Source: Betaproteobacteria bacterium (GTDB lineage Bacteria; Pseudomonadota; Gammaproteobacteria; Burkholderiales; Usitatibacteraceae). Taken from it: 64,000 bases of DNA. Within the stretch, counting starts at the first letter, position 1. Each line of letters opens with the position of its first letter. Under the pieces are notes generated by a model. That model made no database searches and was not told the DNA's origin. It saw nothing but the letters and a program-made list of their open reading frames with translations. Both the position numbers and the translations under genes were made by a program. The stretch is taken from the NCBI GenBank assembly GCA_016720855.1, contig JADKJU010000005.1, forward strand, positions 249,636 through 313,635, written 5' to 3'. Shown in pieces: positions 1 to 8,901 of the stretch.

Positions 1-268
1 GGAGCACTTCCGGGAAGACGTCACGGGGCTCGACACGCAGGAGCAGGGGATCGTATTCGCCGAACGCATCCTCCGGCAGGAGGTTCAGCGCGACTTCATG
101 GCCGGCGCCGTTGCCCTCGAGGGCCGCTTCCACCTTGGGGAAGATGCCGCCATACCCGCCGTGAAGATAGGCGACCGTCGTTCCGGGCTCGTCGAGCAAC
201 TGACTGTCGGCATCGCGAAGCTCGTAGGAAATGGTGACAATGCTGCCCGCTTCAATTTGCCCGGCCAT
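1..268 (-). CDS. slyD: FKBP-type peptidyl-prolyl cis-trans isomerase, SlyD-like (N-terminal part; gene continues beyond window edge)
   Basis: Own translation of minus strand from ATG (complement of 266-268): MAGQIEAGSIVTISYELRDADSQLLDEPGTTVAYLHGGYGGIFPKVEAALEGNGAGHEVALNLLPEDAFGEYDPLLLRVEPRDVF. This is collinear with the SlyD FKBP core (..YLHG....L..ALEG...G......A..AYG.YD..L...V....F). It is absent from the ORF track because it is open at the edge. It overlaps the bcp stop by 17 nt. Confidence 0.7.
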   Translation of the reverse strand, partial: MAGQIEAGSIVTISYELRDADSQLLDEPGTTVAYLHGGYGGIFPKVEAALEGNGAGHEVALNLLPEDAFGEYDPLLLRVEPRDVFPEVL

Positions 269-731
269 TGAGCGCCTTCAACGCCTCCAGCACCTCGTCG
301 GCATGGTCTTTCGGGTTCACGTCGCGAAGGATGTGCCGCAGGATCCCCTTCTTGTCGATGATGAAGGTCGAGCGCGTAAGGCTCTCCCTGGGCCGCCCGT
401 CCACCACCTTCTTCTCGAGCACGTCGTATTTGCGGCACACCACGGAATCGTTGTCCGAGAGGAGTTGCACCGAGAGCCCCTGCGCGTCGCGAAACGCCGC
501 GTGCGACAGGACGTCGTCACGCGAGACCCCGAAGACGATGGTGTCGAGCTTCACGAATTCCTGCTCGAGGTCGCTGAAATCGGTCGCCTGCATGGTGCAG
601 CCGGGCGTCCCGTCCCTCGGGTAGAAGAAGAGGACGACGTTCAATTTCCCGCGGAAGCTGGAGAGATGCATCATCTCCATGCTGGCGTCGGGCAGCGAAA
701 AGGACGGGGCCGGATGTCCAACCTGTAACAT
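252..731 (-). CDS. bcp: thiol peroxidase / peroxiredoxin Bcp (AhpC/TSA family)
   Basis: 159-aa ORF with peroxidatic Cys motif FFYPRDGTPGCT. Full-length collinearity with the Bcp/PrxQ family. Confidence 0.9.
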   Translation of the reverse strand: MLQVGHPAPSFSLPDASMEMMHLSSFRGKLNVVLFFYPRDGTPGCTMQATDFSDLEQEFVKLDTIVFGVSRDDVLSHAAFRDAQGLSVQLLSDNDSVVCRKYDVLEKKVVDGRPRESLTRSTFIIDKKGILRHILRDVNPKDHADEVLEALKALNGRAN

Positions 732-835
732 GGGTATCCTCAGGACTCGAATCGATTCTAGCGGATTTCATGGCGCGCAAGGGTGGGCCCGGCGGCGGGC
801 GACAGGATGCGGCAAGGGGGAGCTTTCCGGGCCCG

Positions 836-1945
836 ATGCCGGCCGCGCGATTCCTTCGCGAATACTGGCAGAAGCGCCCGTTGCTGGTGCGCGGCGCCTT
901 CCCCGGTTTCGCCGACCCTCTCGGCGTCCGGGAGGTGCTCGCGCTTGCGCAATCGCCCGATGCCGAATCGCGAATCGTGAAGCGCGCCGGTCCCTGGTGG
1001 TCGCTCGAGCACGGTCCGTTCACGCGCAAGGTGCTCGAACGGCGGCCGCGCAAGGACTGGACCGTCCTCGTGCAGGACACCAACCATTTCAGCGCCGCCG
1101 CCGCGGCGCTGCTCGCGCGCTTCTCGTTCATCCCGCACGCGCGCGTGGACGACCTGATGGTCAGCTACGCGGTCCCGGGCGGAACCGTCGGGCCGCACGT
1201 GGATTCGTACGACGTCTTTCTCATCCAGGGCACGGGCCGGCGCCACTGGCAGGTCTCGGGGCAGCGGGATCTCGATTTCGTCCCGGGGCTGGACCTGAAG
1301 ATCCTCGCGCGCTTCGAGCCCGAGGAGGAATGGGTGCTCGAGGCCGGCGACATGCTCTACCTGCCCCCCGACGTCGCGCACTACGGGATTGCGCAGAGCG
1401 AATGCCTGACCTGGTCCGTGGGCTTTCGTGCGCCCTCGGACGCGGAGATAGCCGCCGGCTTCCTCGACTATCTCGGCGAGCGCCTCGATCTCGCCGGACG
1501 CCACGCCGACCCGGACCTGAAACCTGCGCGCGGAGCAGGGCGCATTCCCGCGGAACTCGTCGAGCACGTCGCGCAAACGCTCGACCGCATCCGCTGGAGC
1601 GGGCGCGACGCACTCGAATTCGCGGGCCGGTTCCTGTCCGAGCCCAAGGGGCATGTGTACTTCACGCCACGGGCGCGTCCCCTGCCCCGGGCGCGGTTCG
1701 AGGCGGCCGCCGCGCGCCGCGGGCTGGTGCTGGACAGGCGCGCGCGCCTGCTCTACGCCGGGGGCATGTTCTTCCTCAATGGCGAGGCAGTGTCCGCGCG
1801 CGGGCCATGTGCGGCGTGGTTGCGCAAGCTCGCGGACTCGCGCACGCTTGAAACGACGGCGCGCGCGCCATCGGCGTTCCGGGAACTGGCCCACGAATGG
1901 CACTCCCGGGGCGTCCTTCACCTGGGCGAGGAGAAGACACCATGA
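836..1945 (+). CDS. roxA: JmjC/cupin ribosomal protein oxygenase (YcfD/RoxA-like)
   Basis: ORF 770-1945. I prefer ATG 836 because MPAARFLREYWQKRPLLVRGAF matches the YcfD N-terminus (..HWQKRP..). The Fe(II) facial triad context GPHVDSYDVF is present. Confidence 0.8.
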   Translation: MPAARFLREYWQKRPLLVRGAFPGFADPLGVREVLALAQSPDAESRIVKRAGPWWSLEHGPFTRKVLERRPRKDWTVLVQDTNHFSAAAAALLARFSFIPHARVDDLMVSYAVPGGTVGPHVDSYDVFLIQGTGRRHWQVSGQRDLDFVPGLDLKILARFEPEEEWVLEAGDMLYLPPDVAHYGIAQSECLTWSVGFRAPSDAEIAAGFLDYLGERLDLAGRHADPDLKPARGAGRIPAELVEHVAQTLDRIRWSGRDALEFAGRFLSEPKGHVYFTPRARPLPRARFEAAAARRGLVLDRRARLLYAGGMFFLNGEAVSARGPCAAWLRKLADSRTLETTARAPSAFRELAHEWHSRGVLHLGEEKTP

Positions 1946-2448
1946 GCACGCTCGGCAAGCCCGAACCCCACCCCGCCTACCGGCAGATTGCAGGCATGGC
2001 GGAATCGAGACAGGCCATCGACGAGGTCATTTCCGTCGCGCAGAAATCCCTCTGCATTTTCGACTACACCCTTGACCAGCGCGGATTCGGCAGCCCGGCG
2101 CGCATGGAGACGCTGCGCCAATTCCTGCTCGCCGGCCGGGCGCACCGCCTGAGGATCGCGCTGCATGAGCCCGAACTGCTCGAGCGCCACGAGCCGCGCC
2201 TGATGATGCTGCTGCGCCAGCTCCCCGCCTCCATAGCGATCCACCGGACGGTCGGCCAGGCGCGCAACGCCTGCGATCCCTTCGTGCTGGCCGACGACCA
2301 CAGCGTCTGGCACCAGCAGCACCATGACCAGTTGCGCGCCATTGTTGCACTGCACTCTCCGGCCGACGCTTCCCCCCTCAAGGACCGCTTCGAGGAAATC
2401 TGGGAGCTGTCCGAGCCCGCGGTCAGCTCGACCACCACTGGCCTTTGA
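1942..2448 (+). CDS. conserved hypothetical protein, translationally coupled to roxA
   Basis: ATG 1942 overlaps the roxA stop (ATGA). 168 aa with GC3-rich coding signal. I recognise no catalytic motif. Confidence 0.55.
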   Translation: MSTLGKPEPHPAYRQIAGMAESRQAIDEVISVAQKSLCIFDYTLDQRGFGSPARMETLRQFLLAGRAHRLRIALHEPELLERHEPRLMMLLRQLPASIAIHRTVGQARNACDPFVLADDHSVWHQQHHDQLRAIVALHSPADASPLKDRFEEIWELSEPAVSSTTTGL

Positions 2449-2613
2449 AGCGACAGGGTTTTTTCGCTTAAACGGGCTATTCAAGGGATCCGGGCGATGG
2501 TATGATTTTGCGCTGGCCTTGGGCAGCGGCTATGGCATTCTGCATTGCAGCATTCGCCGATGTCCGGCCCAAGAACTCACCCCATAGACACCCATCCCCA
2601 AGGATCCGACCTC

Positions 2614-2852
2614 ATGAAAGCTTCCTACCTCCTCGCCATCCTCCTGGCTGCCGGCGTCGTCGCCTGCGGCAAGACCGAAGCCCCCGCCCCGCGCCCGCCC
2701 CCAAGGTCGAGGCGCCGAAGCCCGCCGAAGCGCCGAAGCCCGCTGAAGCGCCCGTCGCCGCGCCCGCCGCCGGCGCTCCGGCCGCAGACGCTGCCAAACC
2801 CGCCGAAGCCCCCAAGGCCGACGCGAAGCCCGCCGAAGCCCCGAAGAAGTAA
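2614..2852 (+). pseudogene. small lipoprotein with (K/A)PAEAP low-complexity tail, apparent -1 frameshift in a C-run
   Basis: ATG 2614 (AAGGA 10 nt upstream) encodes the signal plus lipobox MKASYLLAILLAAGVVAC. After the C-rich tract 2680-2702 the clean repeat tail APKPAEAPKPAEAP...KPAEAPKK-stop (2850-2852) lies in another frame. The starting frame runs on through the terminator into the IS. Confidence 0.6.
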
Positions 2853-2869
2853 ACGGGCTTCACGGCAGG

Positions 2870-2899
2870 AAAAAGCCGGCCCTCGGGCCGGCTTTTTTT
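2870..2899. terminator. bidirectional rho-independent terminator
   Basis: AAAAA-GCCGGCC-ctcg-GGCCGGC-TTTTTTT: a perfect 7-bp GC stem with a 4-nt loop, a T7 run downstream and an A5 run upstream. It starts 18 nt after the TAA at 2852. Confidence 0.85.
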
Positions 2900-2923
2900 C
2901 GCCTGGGGAAAGGGATGGAAAAG

Positions 2924-2934
2924 GGGTCTGTCCC
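2924..2934. repeat. left target-site duplication of the IS (gggtctgtccc)
   Basis: The identical 11-mer recurs at 4258-4268, immediately outside the inverted repeats. The exact length is ambiguous (9-11 bp) because the adjacent base also pairs as inverted repeat. Confidence 0.8.
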
Positions 2935-4257
2935 ACTACTGTCCGGTTAACGTGACGGGGTGAGACAAAAATGTCTTATCTGACGAGACGTTACGGATGA
3001 TTCAGCTTGGTGCCGACTTGAATGTGATTGCCGGTTTCGGCGATGTTCTCGGGTATCACAAGCCCGGGGACGCTCATGTACGTCGGCAAGACGCTGTTCG
3101 CGCAGATCATGGACTTCGTGCCCTGGACGAGTTTCCGGCGCATCGTGACTCGCTACGGTGGCGACCAACGCGTGCGCACACTCAATTGCGCCGAGCAGTT
3201 CCGCGTCTTGGCGTTTGCACAGCTGACGTGGCGGGAGAGCCTTCGCGACATCGAAGCGTGCCTGTCGGCGCAAGCCGGCAAGCTCTATCACATGGGTTTG
3301 CGCGAAGCGGTAGCGCGCTCCACGCTGGCCGATGCCAACGAGTCGCGCGACTGGCGAATCTGGGCCGATTTCGCGCAAGTGCTGATTCGCCGGGCGCGCC
3401 ACTTGTACGCCTCGGACAGCCTTGCCGTGGATCTGGCCAACACGGTATACGCGCTGGATTCGACCACCATCGACCTGTGCCTGTCGGTGTTTCCTTGGGC
3501 GCACTTCTGCTCGACCAAAGCCGCGGTGAAGATGCACACCCTGCTCGATCTGCGCGGCAACATCCCGAGCTTCATCCACGTCAGCGACGGCAAGCTGCAC
3601 GACGTCAATGTGCTCGATCTTCTGGTGCCCGAGTCCGGCGCCTTCTACGTCATGGATCGCGGCTACACCGACTACGCTCGACTCTACGTCCTGCACCAGG
3701 CGGCGGCGTTCTTCGTCACCCGCGCCCGATCGAACATGGATGCCAGGCGCCTGTACTCCGCCCCCAGCGACCGCAGCACCGGCGTGATCTGCGACCAAAC
3801 CATCGCCCTCAACGGCTTCTATGCGAGAAACGACTACCCCGAGCAGTTGCGTCGCATCCGCTTCAAGGTGCCCGAATCGGGCAAGACCCTGGTGTTCCTG
3901 ACCAACAATACGACCCTGCCGGCATTGACGATCGCCGCGCTCTACAAGAGCCGTTGGCAGGTCGAGCTGTTCTTCAAGTGGATCAAGCAGCATCTGCGGA
4001 TCAAGCGCTTCTATGGCACCACGGAGAACGCCGTCAAGACACAAATCTGGACGGCCGTATCCGTCTACGTGCTGGTGGCCATCGTGAAAAAGGAGTTGCA
4101 TCTCGAAGCCTCGCTCTACACGCTGCTACAGATTCTCTCGGTCACCGTATTCGAAAAAATGCCGCTGCAACAAGCCCTTGTCGACGATGCGCGACTCTTG
4201 ACCAACCCCCTCAACCCCAACCAACTGACTCTTCTCGGTTTTTAACCGGACAGTAGT
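2935..4257 (+). mobile_element. IS4-family insertion sequence, 1323 bp, apparently intact
   Basis: Perfect 16-bp terminal inverted repeats: ACTACTGTCCGGTTAA (2935-2950) and TTAACCGGACAGTAGT (4242-4257). It has a single DDE transposase ORF and flanking direct repeats. GC content is visibly lower than the neighbours. Confidence 0.9.
3076..4245 (+). CDS. IS4-family DDE transposase
   Basis: ORF 3028-4245. I prefer ATG 3076 (MYVGKTLFAQIMDFVPWTSFRRIVTRYGGDQRVRTL, the typical N-terminus of this transposase group). The C-terminal YKSRWQVELFFKWIKQHLRIK motif is the Y-(2)-R-(3)-E-(6)-K signature of IS4/IS5 DDE enzymes. Confidence 0.9.
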   Translation: MYVGKTLFAQIMDFVPWTSFRRIVTRYGGDQRVRTLNCAEQFRVLAFAQLTWRESLRDIEACLSAQAGKLYHMGLREAVARSTLADANESRDWRIWADFAQVLIRRARHLYASDSLAVDLANTVYALDSTTIDLCLSVFPWAHFCSTKAAVKMHTLLDLRGNIPSFIHVSDGKLHDVNVLDLLVPESGAFYVMDRGYTDYARLYVLHQAAAFFVTRARSNMDARRLYSAPSDRSTGVICDQTIALNGFYARNDYPEQLRRIRFKVPESGKTLVFLTNNTTLPALTIAALYKSRWQVELFFKWIKQHLRIKRFYGTTENAVKTQIWTAVSVYVLVAIVKKELHLEASLYTLLQILSVTVFEKMPLQQALVDDARLLTNPLNPNQLTLLGF

Positions 4258-4268
4258 GGGTCTGTCCC
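4258..4268. repeat. right target-site duplication of the IS (gggtctgtccc)
   Basis: Direct repeat of 2924-2934. Confidence 0.8.
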
Positions 4269-4309
4269 CTTTTTCATCCCGTCCCATTTTTCACCCCTTT
4301 CCCTATTCC

Positions 4310-5077
4310 CTAGACTTCCCGCCAGGCAAAGCCCTCGTCCTGCGTCGCCACGCCCACCCAGGACTCCTCGCAACCCAGGGCACCGGCCAGGGCGGCCGTG
4401 GCGAGCTCCGGCCGGTTGTTTTCCCTGGAGAGGTGGGCAGCGAGGATGTGCTTCAGGCGCGAACAGTCGATGCGCGACACGATCGCCGCGGACGCCGCGT
4501 TTTCAAGGTGGCCGAAACGCCCCGCGATGCGTTCCTTGAGGACCTTCGGATAGGATCCGCCCGCGAGCATTTCCGCGTCGTGGTTGCACTCCAGCACCAA
4601 CGCGTCGCACCCCGAGAGTTTTTCCTCGACGTGCAGCGTGGACATTCCCAGGTCCGTCACCACCGCCAGCCGCGCCGCGCCGTCGGAGAAGACGTACTGC
4701 ACCGGTTCCCTCGCGTCATGGGGCACCGGGAACGGATCCACGAGCAGGTCCCCCACATCGAACGTCGCGTGCGGATCGATGAAGCGCACGAGGGTGGCGG
4801 GAAAATCCAGTGGCAGGGAAAGGGCGGTACCGCGCGTGAGGTGCACGGGAATCGCATGGCGTTTCGCGAACCGCGCCACGCCTCCGAGATGATCGGTGTG
4901 CTCGTGGGTCACGACGATCGCCGCAAGGTTGGCCGGCGCAAGGCCCAGCTTCCCGAGCCGGAATGCGGTGTCGCCCAGCCCGAACCCGCAGTCCATGAGG
5001 ATGCGGGTCGCTCCCCGCTCGACCACCAGCCCGTTGCCGGAACTTCCGCTCCCGAGGGAGGCGAAACGCAGCGCCAT
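4310..5077 (-). CDS. MBL-fold metallo-hydrolase
   Basis: 255 aa with the metallo-beta-lactamase motif THEHTDHLGG. It sits downstream of bamC-dapA, as in many proteobacteria. Confidence 0.85.
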   Translation of the reverse strand: MALRFASLGSGSSGNGLVVERGATRILMDCGFGLGDTAFRLGKLGLAPANLAAIVVTHEHTDHLGGVARFAKRHAIPVHLTRGTALSLPLDFPATLVRFIDPHATFDVGDLLVDPFPVPHDAREPVQYVFSDGAARLAVVTDLGMSTLHVEEKLSGCDALVLECNHDAEMLAGGSYPKVLKERIAGRFGHLENAASAAIVSRIDCSRLKHILAAHLSRENNRPELATAALAGALGCEESWVGVATQDEGFAWREV

Positions 5078-5093
5078 CGGCGCGCCCGCCCCG

Positions 5094-6266
5094 CTACTTC
5101 AGCTGCTCGAGGAGGAGCGCCAGGATCCGCTTGGACGTGGGGGAAGCCTCCGCCTCGCCCTTCGCGTTCTGCACCACCACCTGCGAAGACGTGCTGTTGG
5201 ACTCGGTGACCTGCACGCGATACTGCGGCAGCGCGGGCTTCGCCGCCGGCCGCCAGAACGCCAGCTTGTCGAGGAAGCCCTCGTTGGAGGTCGCACCGGC
5301 CGCATCCGGGTCGAAATAGCGGACGAAGTAGGTGCCCTTGGAACGGTCGCGATCCTCGACAGTGAAGCCCGTCCGGTCCAGGGCGAGGCCAACCCGGCGC
5401 CACGCGCGATCGAAGCCGTCATTCACGACCAGGGGTCCGGCGCCATTGTTCTGGACGGTGGCATTGGGCGCGATGATCGTGGCGGCGGTGACCACCGAAG
5501 GAACCGTTCCCGGCTTGCCCGGCGAAGCGGGCGCAACCGGTTTCGCCGGGTCGGCCAGCTTCAGCAGCAGACGCGCGAGCATCTCGCCCTCCAGATCCCG
5601 GTCGCTGCCCGTGCCGCGGGGCTGCCAGACGGTCGTGTCCTGCATCTGCGAGGGGTACACCTCTTCCAGGCCACGATGGCTCACGTAGATCTCGGTCGTT
5701 CCCGGTTCCAGTCCGCGCTCGAGGCGGGTACGGAAGCGGTCCCGTTCACCCGTGGAATACATGCCTGGCAGGACGCGCTCCATGACGCCACGGATTCCGG
5801 TGGTCTCGATCTTCGGTCGCGTCTCCTGCCAGTTGGTTTCCAGGAACGCGGCCTCGACGGATTCGCGCGCGATCGAGAAGCCCATGTCCTGCCAGAAGGC
5901 GCGGACGATGGGCCAGACCTCGGCGGGCTCGGCTTTCGCGACGATCCAGCGCTGGTTCCCCTCGCGCTCGATGCGCGCGTTCGGCACCGCCGGCAGGACG
6001 CCCGACGGGGTCGCGGCGCGAGCGGCCGGCGTCCCCTGCGGGGCGCCCGCGCGGTCCTTGTTGTACTGCGAGTAGCTCGTGGATGCCTTCGGATCCGGCA
6101 CCGCAAAGCGCTCGTCCACGGCGGGCGTGGTCAGGTCCGGCGGCACTTCGAGGGGCCGTTCGCGCGTGCGCGCCTCGCGCTGCTGCTGCTCCGTCTTGAA
6201 GATTCCGCATCCGGATGCGAGGACGAGCGGAGCGAGAACGAATGCAAGCGTGCGAATGCGTGTCAT
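5094..6266 (-). CDS. bamC: outer membrane protein assembly factor BamC (lipoprotein)
   Basis: 390 aa with lipoprotein signal LVLASGC. It lies immediately downstream of dapA (classic dapA-bamC synteny). Confidence 0.8.
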   Translation of the reverse strand: MTRIRTLAFVLAPLVLASGCGIFKTEQQQREARTRERPLEVPPDLTTPAVDERFAVPDPKASTSYSQYNKDRAGAPQGTPAARAATPSGVLPAVPNARIEREGNQRWIVAKAEPAEVWPIVRAFWQDMGFSIARESVEAAFLETNWQETRPKIETTGIRGVMERVLPGMYSTGERDRFRTRLERGLEPGTTEIYVSHRGLEEVYPSQMQDTTVWQPRGTGSDRDLEGEMLARLLLKLADPAKPVAPASPGKPGTVPSVVTAATIIAPNATVQNNGAGPLVVNDGFDRAWRRVGLALDRTGFTVEDRDRSKGTYFVRYFDPDAAGATSNEGFLDKLAFWRPAAKPALPQYRVQVTESNSTSSQVVVQNAKGEAEASPTSKRILALLLEQLK

Positions 6267-6282
6267 GGAGGGGGATTCCGGT

Positions 6283-7161
6283 TCAGGAGAGGCAACCCGC
6301 GTCGCGCAGCGCGCCGGTCACGGTTTCGTGGAAGGCAGGGGCGAGCGGGGTGAGCGGCAGGCGGATTCCCTCGCCGATGCGGCCCATGCGGGCAAGCGCC
6401 CATTTCACGGGGATGGGATTGGCTTCGACGAAGAGCTTCTGGTGCAACGGAAGCAGCCGCTGATTCAACGTGATCGCCCGCTTCGTGTCGCCGGCGACTG
6501 CCGCCGCGCACATCTCGTGCATCGCGCGAGGCGCCACGTTGGCGGTGACGGAGATGTCGCCATGGGCGCCGAGCAGCATGTACGCGAGCGCGGTGCCGTC
6601 GTCGCCGGAAAAGACGAGGAACGGCCCGGGCTTGCGCTTGAGCAGATCGGAGCCGCGCTCCAGATTGCCGGTCGCGTCCTTGATGCCCACGATGCCGGGC
6701 ACCTGCGCGAGACGAAGCGTGGTATCCGTCGCCATGTCCGCCACTGTCCGGCCGGGGACGTTGTAGAGGATCATCGGCAGGTCCACCGCCTCGGCGATGG
6801 CCTTGAAGTGCCGGTACAGCCCCTCCTGGGAAGGCTTGTTGTAGTACGGGACGACGGAGAGGGAATAATCCGCCCCGACTTCCTTCGCGAATTTCGCGAG
6901 CTCGATCGCCTCGCTCGTGGAGTTGGCCCCGGTACCCGCGATGATCGGGATGCGGCCCTTGGCGTGCTCCACCGCCGTCCTGATGAGCAGGCAGTGCTCG
7001 TCCACGTCCACGGTGGGCGACTCTCCCGTCGTGCCGACGACGACGACGCCGTCCGTGCCTTCGGCGATGTGCCAGTCGAGCAGGGCCTTGAAACTTGGGG
7101 TGTCGAGCGCACCGTCCGCCAGCATGGGCGTGACGATCGCGACGAGGCTTCCGGTGAGCAT
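6283..7161 (-). CDS. dapA: 4-hydroxy-tetrahydrodipicolinate synthase
   Basis: 292 aa. [13 protein letters not shown]..., GTTGESPT and full-length DapA collinearity. Confidence 0.95.
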   Translation of the reverse strand: MLTGSLVAIVTPMLADGALDTPSFKALLDWHIAEGTDGVVVVGTTGESPTVDVDEHCLLIRTAVEHAKGRIPIIAGTGANSTSEAIELAKFAKEVGADYSLSVVPYYNKPSQEGLYRHFKAIAEAVDLPMILYNVPGRTVADMATDTTLRLAQVPGIVGIKDATGNLERGSDLLKRKPGPFLVFSGDDGTALAYMLLGAHGDISVTANVAPRAMHEMCAAAVAGDTKRAITLNQRLLPLHQKLFVEANPIPVKWALARMGRIGEGIRLPLTPLAPAFHETVTGALRDAGCLS

Positions 7162-7227
7162 GGTTTACAGGGCCCGAGGAGGTCCAAAGACCGCGATTTT
7201 ACCGCATTCGCCCGCGCCAACGGCGGC

Positions 7228-7758
7228 CTATGCGCCGGAACCCTCCCGGCGGGCGCATAGGCGCTGGATGGCGGCCGGCCGAGGGTCGGTGACAACGATG
7301 TCCTCGTAGGCCACCACGCGCAGCTTTCCCCGGAACGCTTCGAGGAGCTCTCCCGGAGTCAGGAGGAAGTCGGGATTGGAGGGCTTGCCGAACCGCTCGT
7401 TGCCGCGGGCGAAGGTCTCGTAGACCAGCACGCCGTCCGGCTCGAGCGATCCGGCGAGAATCGGAAGCAGCGGCCGGTGCAGGTAGTGGGTCACCACGAT
7501 CGCGTCGAATCGCCGGCCCTCGAAGGGCCACGCGCCCGCCTCGAGATCAGCGCCCAGGAGCTCGACGCCCGCGGGCGGGTCGATGAAGAGCCCTGGGGCG
7601 CGATCGACGGCCACGACCTCGAAGCCCTGCATCGCGAGCAAGCGCGCATGGCGGCCGGATCCGCAGGCGAGATCGAGCACCTGCCCACCGGGGTGGATCA
7701 GGCTCGCCCACCGGACGACCCACGATGACGGGGAAAGGTTCGCCAGGTGCGCAGCCAT
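7228..7758 (-). CDS. class I SAM-dependent methyltransferase
   Basis: Only the C-terminal 176 codons of track ORF 7228-8679 look coding. ATG is at complement 7756-7758. SAM motif I is VLDLACGSGRHA. It lies 5 nt downstream of the FAD oxidoreductase stop. Confidence 0.75.
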   Translation of the reverse strand: MAAHLANLSPSSWVVRWASLIHPGGQVLDLACGSGRHARLLAMQGFEVVAVDRAPGLFIDPPAGVELLGADLEAGAWPFEGRRFDAIVVTHYLHRPLLPILAGSLEPDGVLVYETFARGNERFGKPSNPDFLLTPGELLEAFRGKLRVVAYEDIVVTDPRPAAIQRLCARREGSGA

Positions 7759-7763
7759 GCTCC

Positions 7764-8888
7764 CTACCCGAACAGTTCCGCGACCGTCTCCTCGCCGATA
7801 GCGAAGGCGGTGCTCATGCCGGTTCCGCTGGTGACCACCACGACGCGAATGCGATCGGCCACCGCCTCCCGCAGCAGCGGCGCAACGTCCGCCACGGGAT
7901 AGACCCCCATCCACCGCTCTGCCACTCCCGGACGCGGCAGGTCGAGCACCGCGTCCAACTCGTCGAGGATGAGCGCGTCCACGGACTCCAGGGAAAACGG
8001 CTCCGCGACCTGCGCGTAATCGTGCGAATCGCCCACGACCAGGGCGCCGTCGGCCCCTTGTGCCACGATGAGGTGCACACCGCGCGCCAGCGACTCGCCC
8101 GCGTCCGCCTCGAGCCTCGCCCTGAGCGCCGCCGCCGGGCGCAGGGCCGCGAAGCCCTCGTACCGGACGAGGCTCAGGTCGGACATCAACACGGAATCGA
8201 GACGGAACGCCGGCGGCTGCGGGACGGTCCGCAGCATCTGCAGCCGGCACTCGCGCAAGCCCGCTCGGCGTGAAACCCCCGGGAAAAGGGCGCGCAGTCC
8301 GGCACCGGGCGCCGCAATGACCGAACCCGCCGCGATCGTACCCTCGGCGTGGTGCACGCCACGCGAATCGATGCCGGTGACCGCCATGCCGCGATGGAAC
8401 GCGACGCCGTGCGCCTCCTCCAGCCAGCGCGCGAGCCGCGGCAGGGCCTCGCGCGGCTCCACCCGCAACTCGTGCGGGCTCCAGAGCGCTCCGGAAAGCC
8501 CCGGGGCGAGCATCGGCCAGCGACGGCGCGCGTGGATCGCGTCGTGCAGCTCGCAGCCCTCGCCGTGCGGACCGGCCGCATAGGCTGCGAGCAGCTCGCG
8601 CGCCTCGGGGCGGCGGGCCACGATGAGCGCGCCGCGCTGCAGCACCGCGATCCCGGCCTGCGGCGCCACCTGCGCCCACACGTCACGCGAACGCAGGGCG
8701 CGCCTGCGCGTGTCGCCCTCGGCCTGGCCCGTGACGGTGACGAAGCCGAAGTTCTGGATCGAGGCCCCGCGGACCTGCGGATCGCGATCGAGAACCGCCA
8801 CCTTCAGCCCGCGCTTAGCCGCCGCAAGCGCGTGGGCAAGGCCGACGATCCCCGCGCCGACGATGGCGAGATCCGGCGCAGAGGTCAT
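7764..8888 (-). CDS. FAD-dependent oxidoreductase (DAO family) of the phosphonate-cluster-associated type
   Basis: 374 aa with N-terminal dinucleotide fold DLAIVGAGIVGLAHA. It is co-directional and tightly packed with ald-phnX-phnW. The subfamily assignment is from memory of the clade annotated as associated with AEP catabolism. Confidence 0.75.
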   Translation of the reverse strand: MTSAPDLAIVGAGIVGLAHALAAAKRGLKVAVLDRDPQVRGASIQNFGFVTVTGQAEGDTRRRALRSRDVWAQVAPQAGIAVLQRGALIVARRPEARELLAAYAAGPHGEGCELHDAIHARRRWPMLAPGLSGALWSPHELRVEPREALPRLARWLEEAHGVAFHRGMAVTGIDSRGVHHAEGTIAAGSVIAAPGAGLRALFPGVSRRAGLRECRLQMLRTVPQPPAFRLDSVLMSDLSLVRYEGFAALRPAAALRARLEADAGESLARGVHLIVAQGADGALVVGDSHDYAQVAEPFSLESVDALILDELDAVLDLPRPGVAERWMGVYPVADVAPLLREAVADRIRVVVVTSGTGMSTAFAIGEETVAELFG

Positions 8889-8901
8889 GACCTTGTCCTG
8901 C

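Noticed and set aside
2700-2850. Short periodic repeats (gaagcgccgaagcccgc...) considered as a tandem repeat or CRISPR-like array
   Set aside because: They are the coding image of an Ala/Pro/Lys-rich low-complexity tail. There are no spacers, no constant repeat length and no cas genes.
2502-2852. ORF 2502-2852 as an intact gene encoding the KPAEAP-repeat protein
   Set aside because: Its N-terminal 60 aa have no signal peptide or Shine-Dalgarno and look non-coding. The lipoprotein signal lies in another frame, so a frameshifted lipoprotein explains the data better.
7228-8679. 483-aa ORF taken at face value
   Set aside because: Only the last 176 codons (methyltransferase) look coding. The upstream two thirds are an alternative frame on the same (minus) strand, overlapping the FAD oxidoreductase gene.
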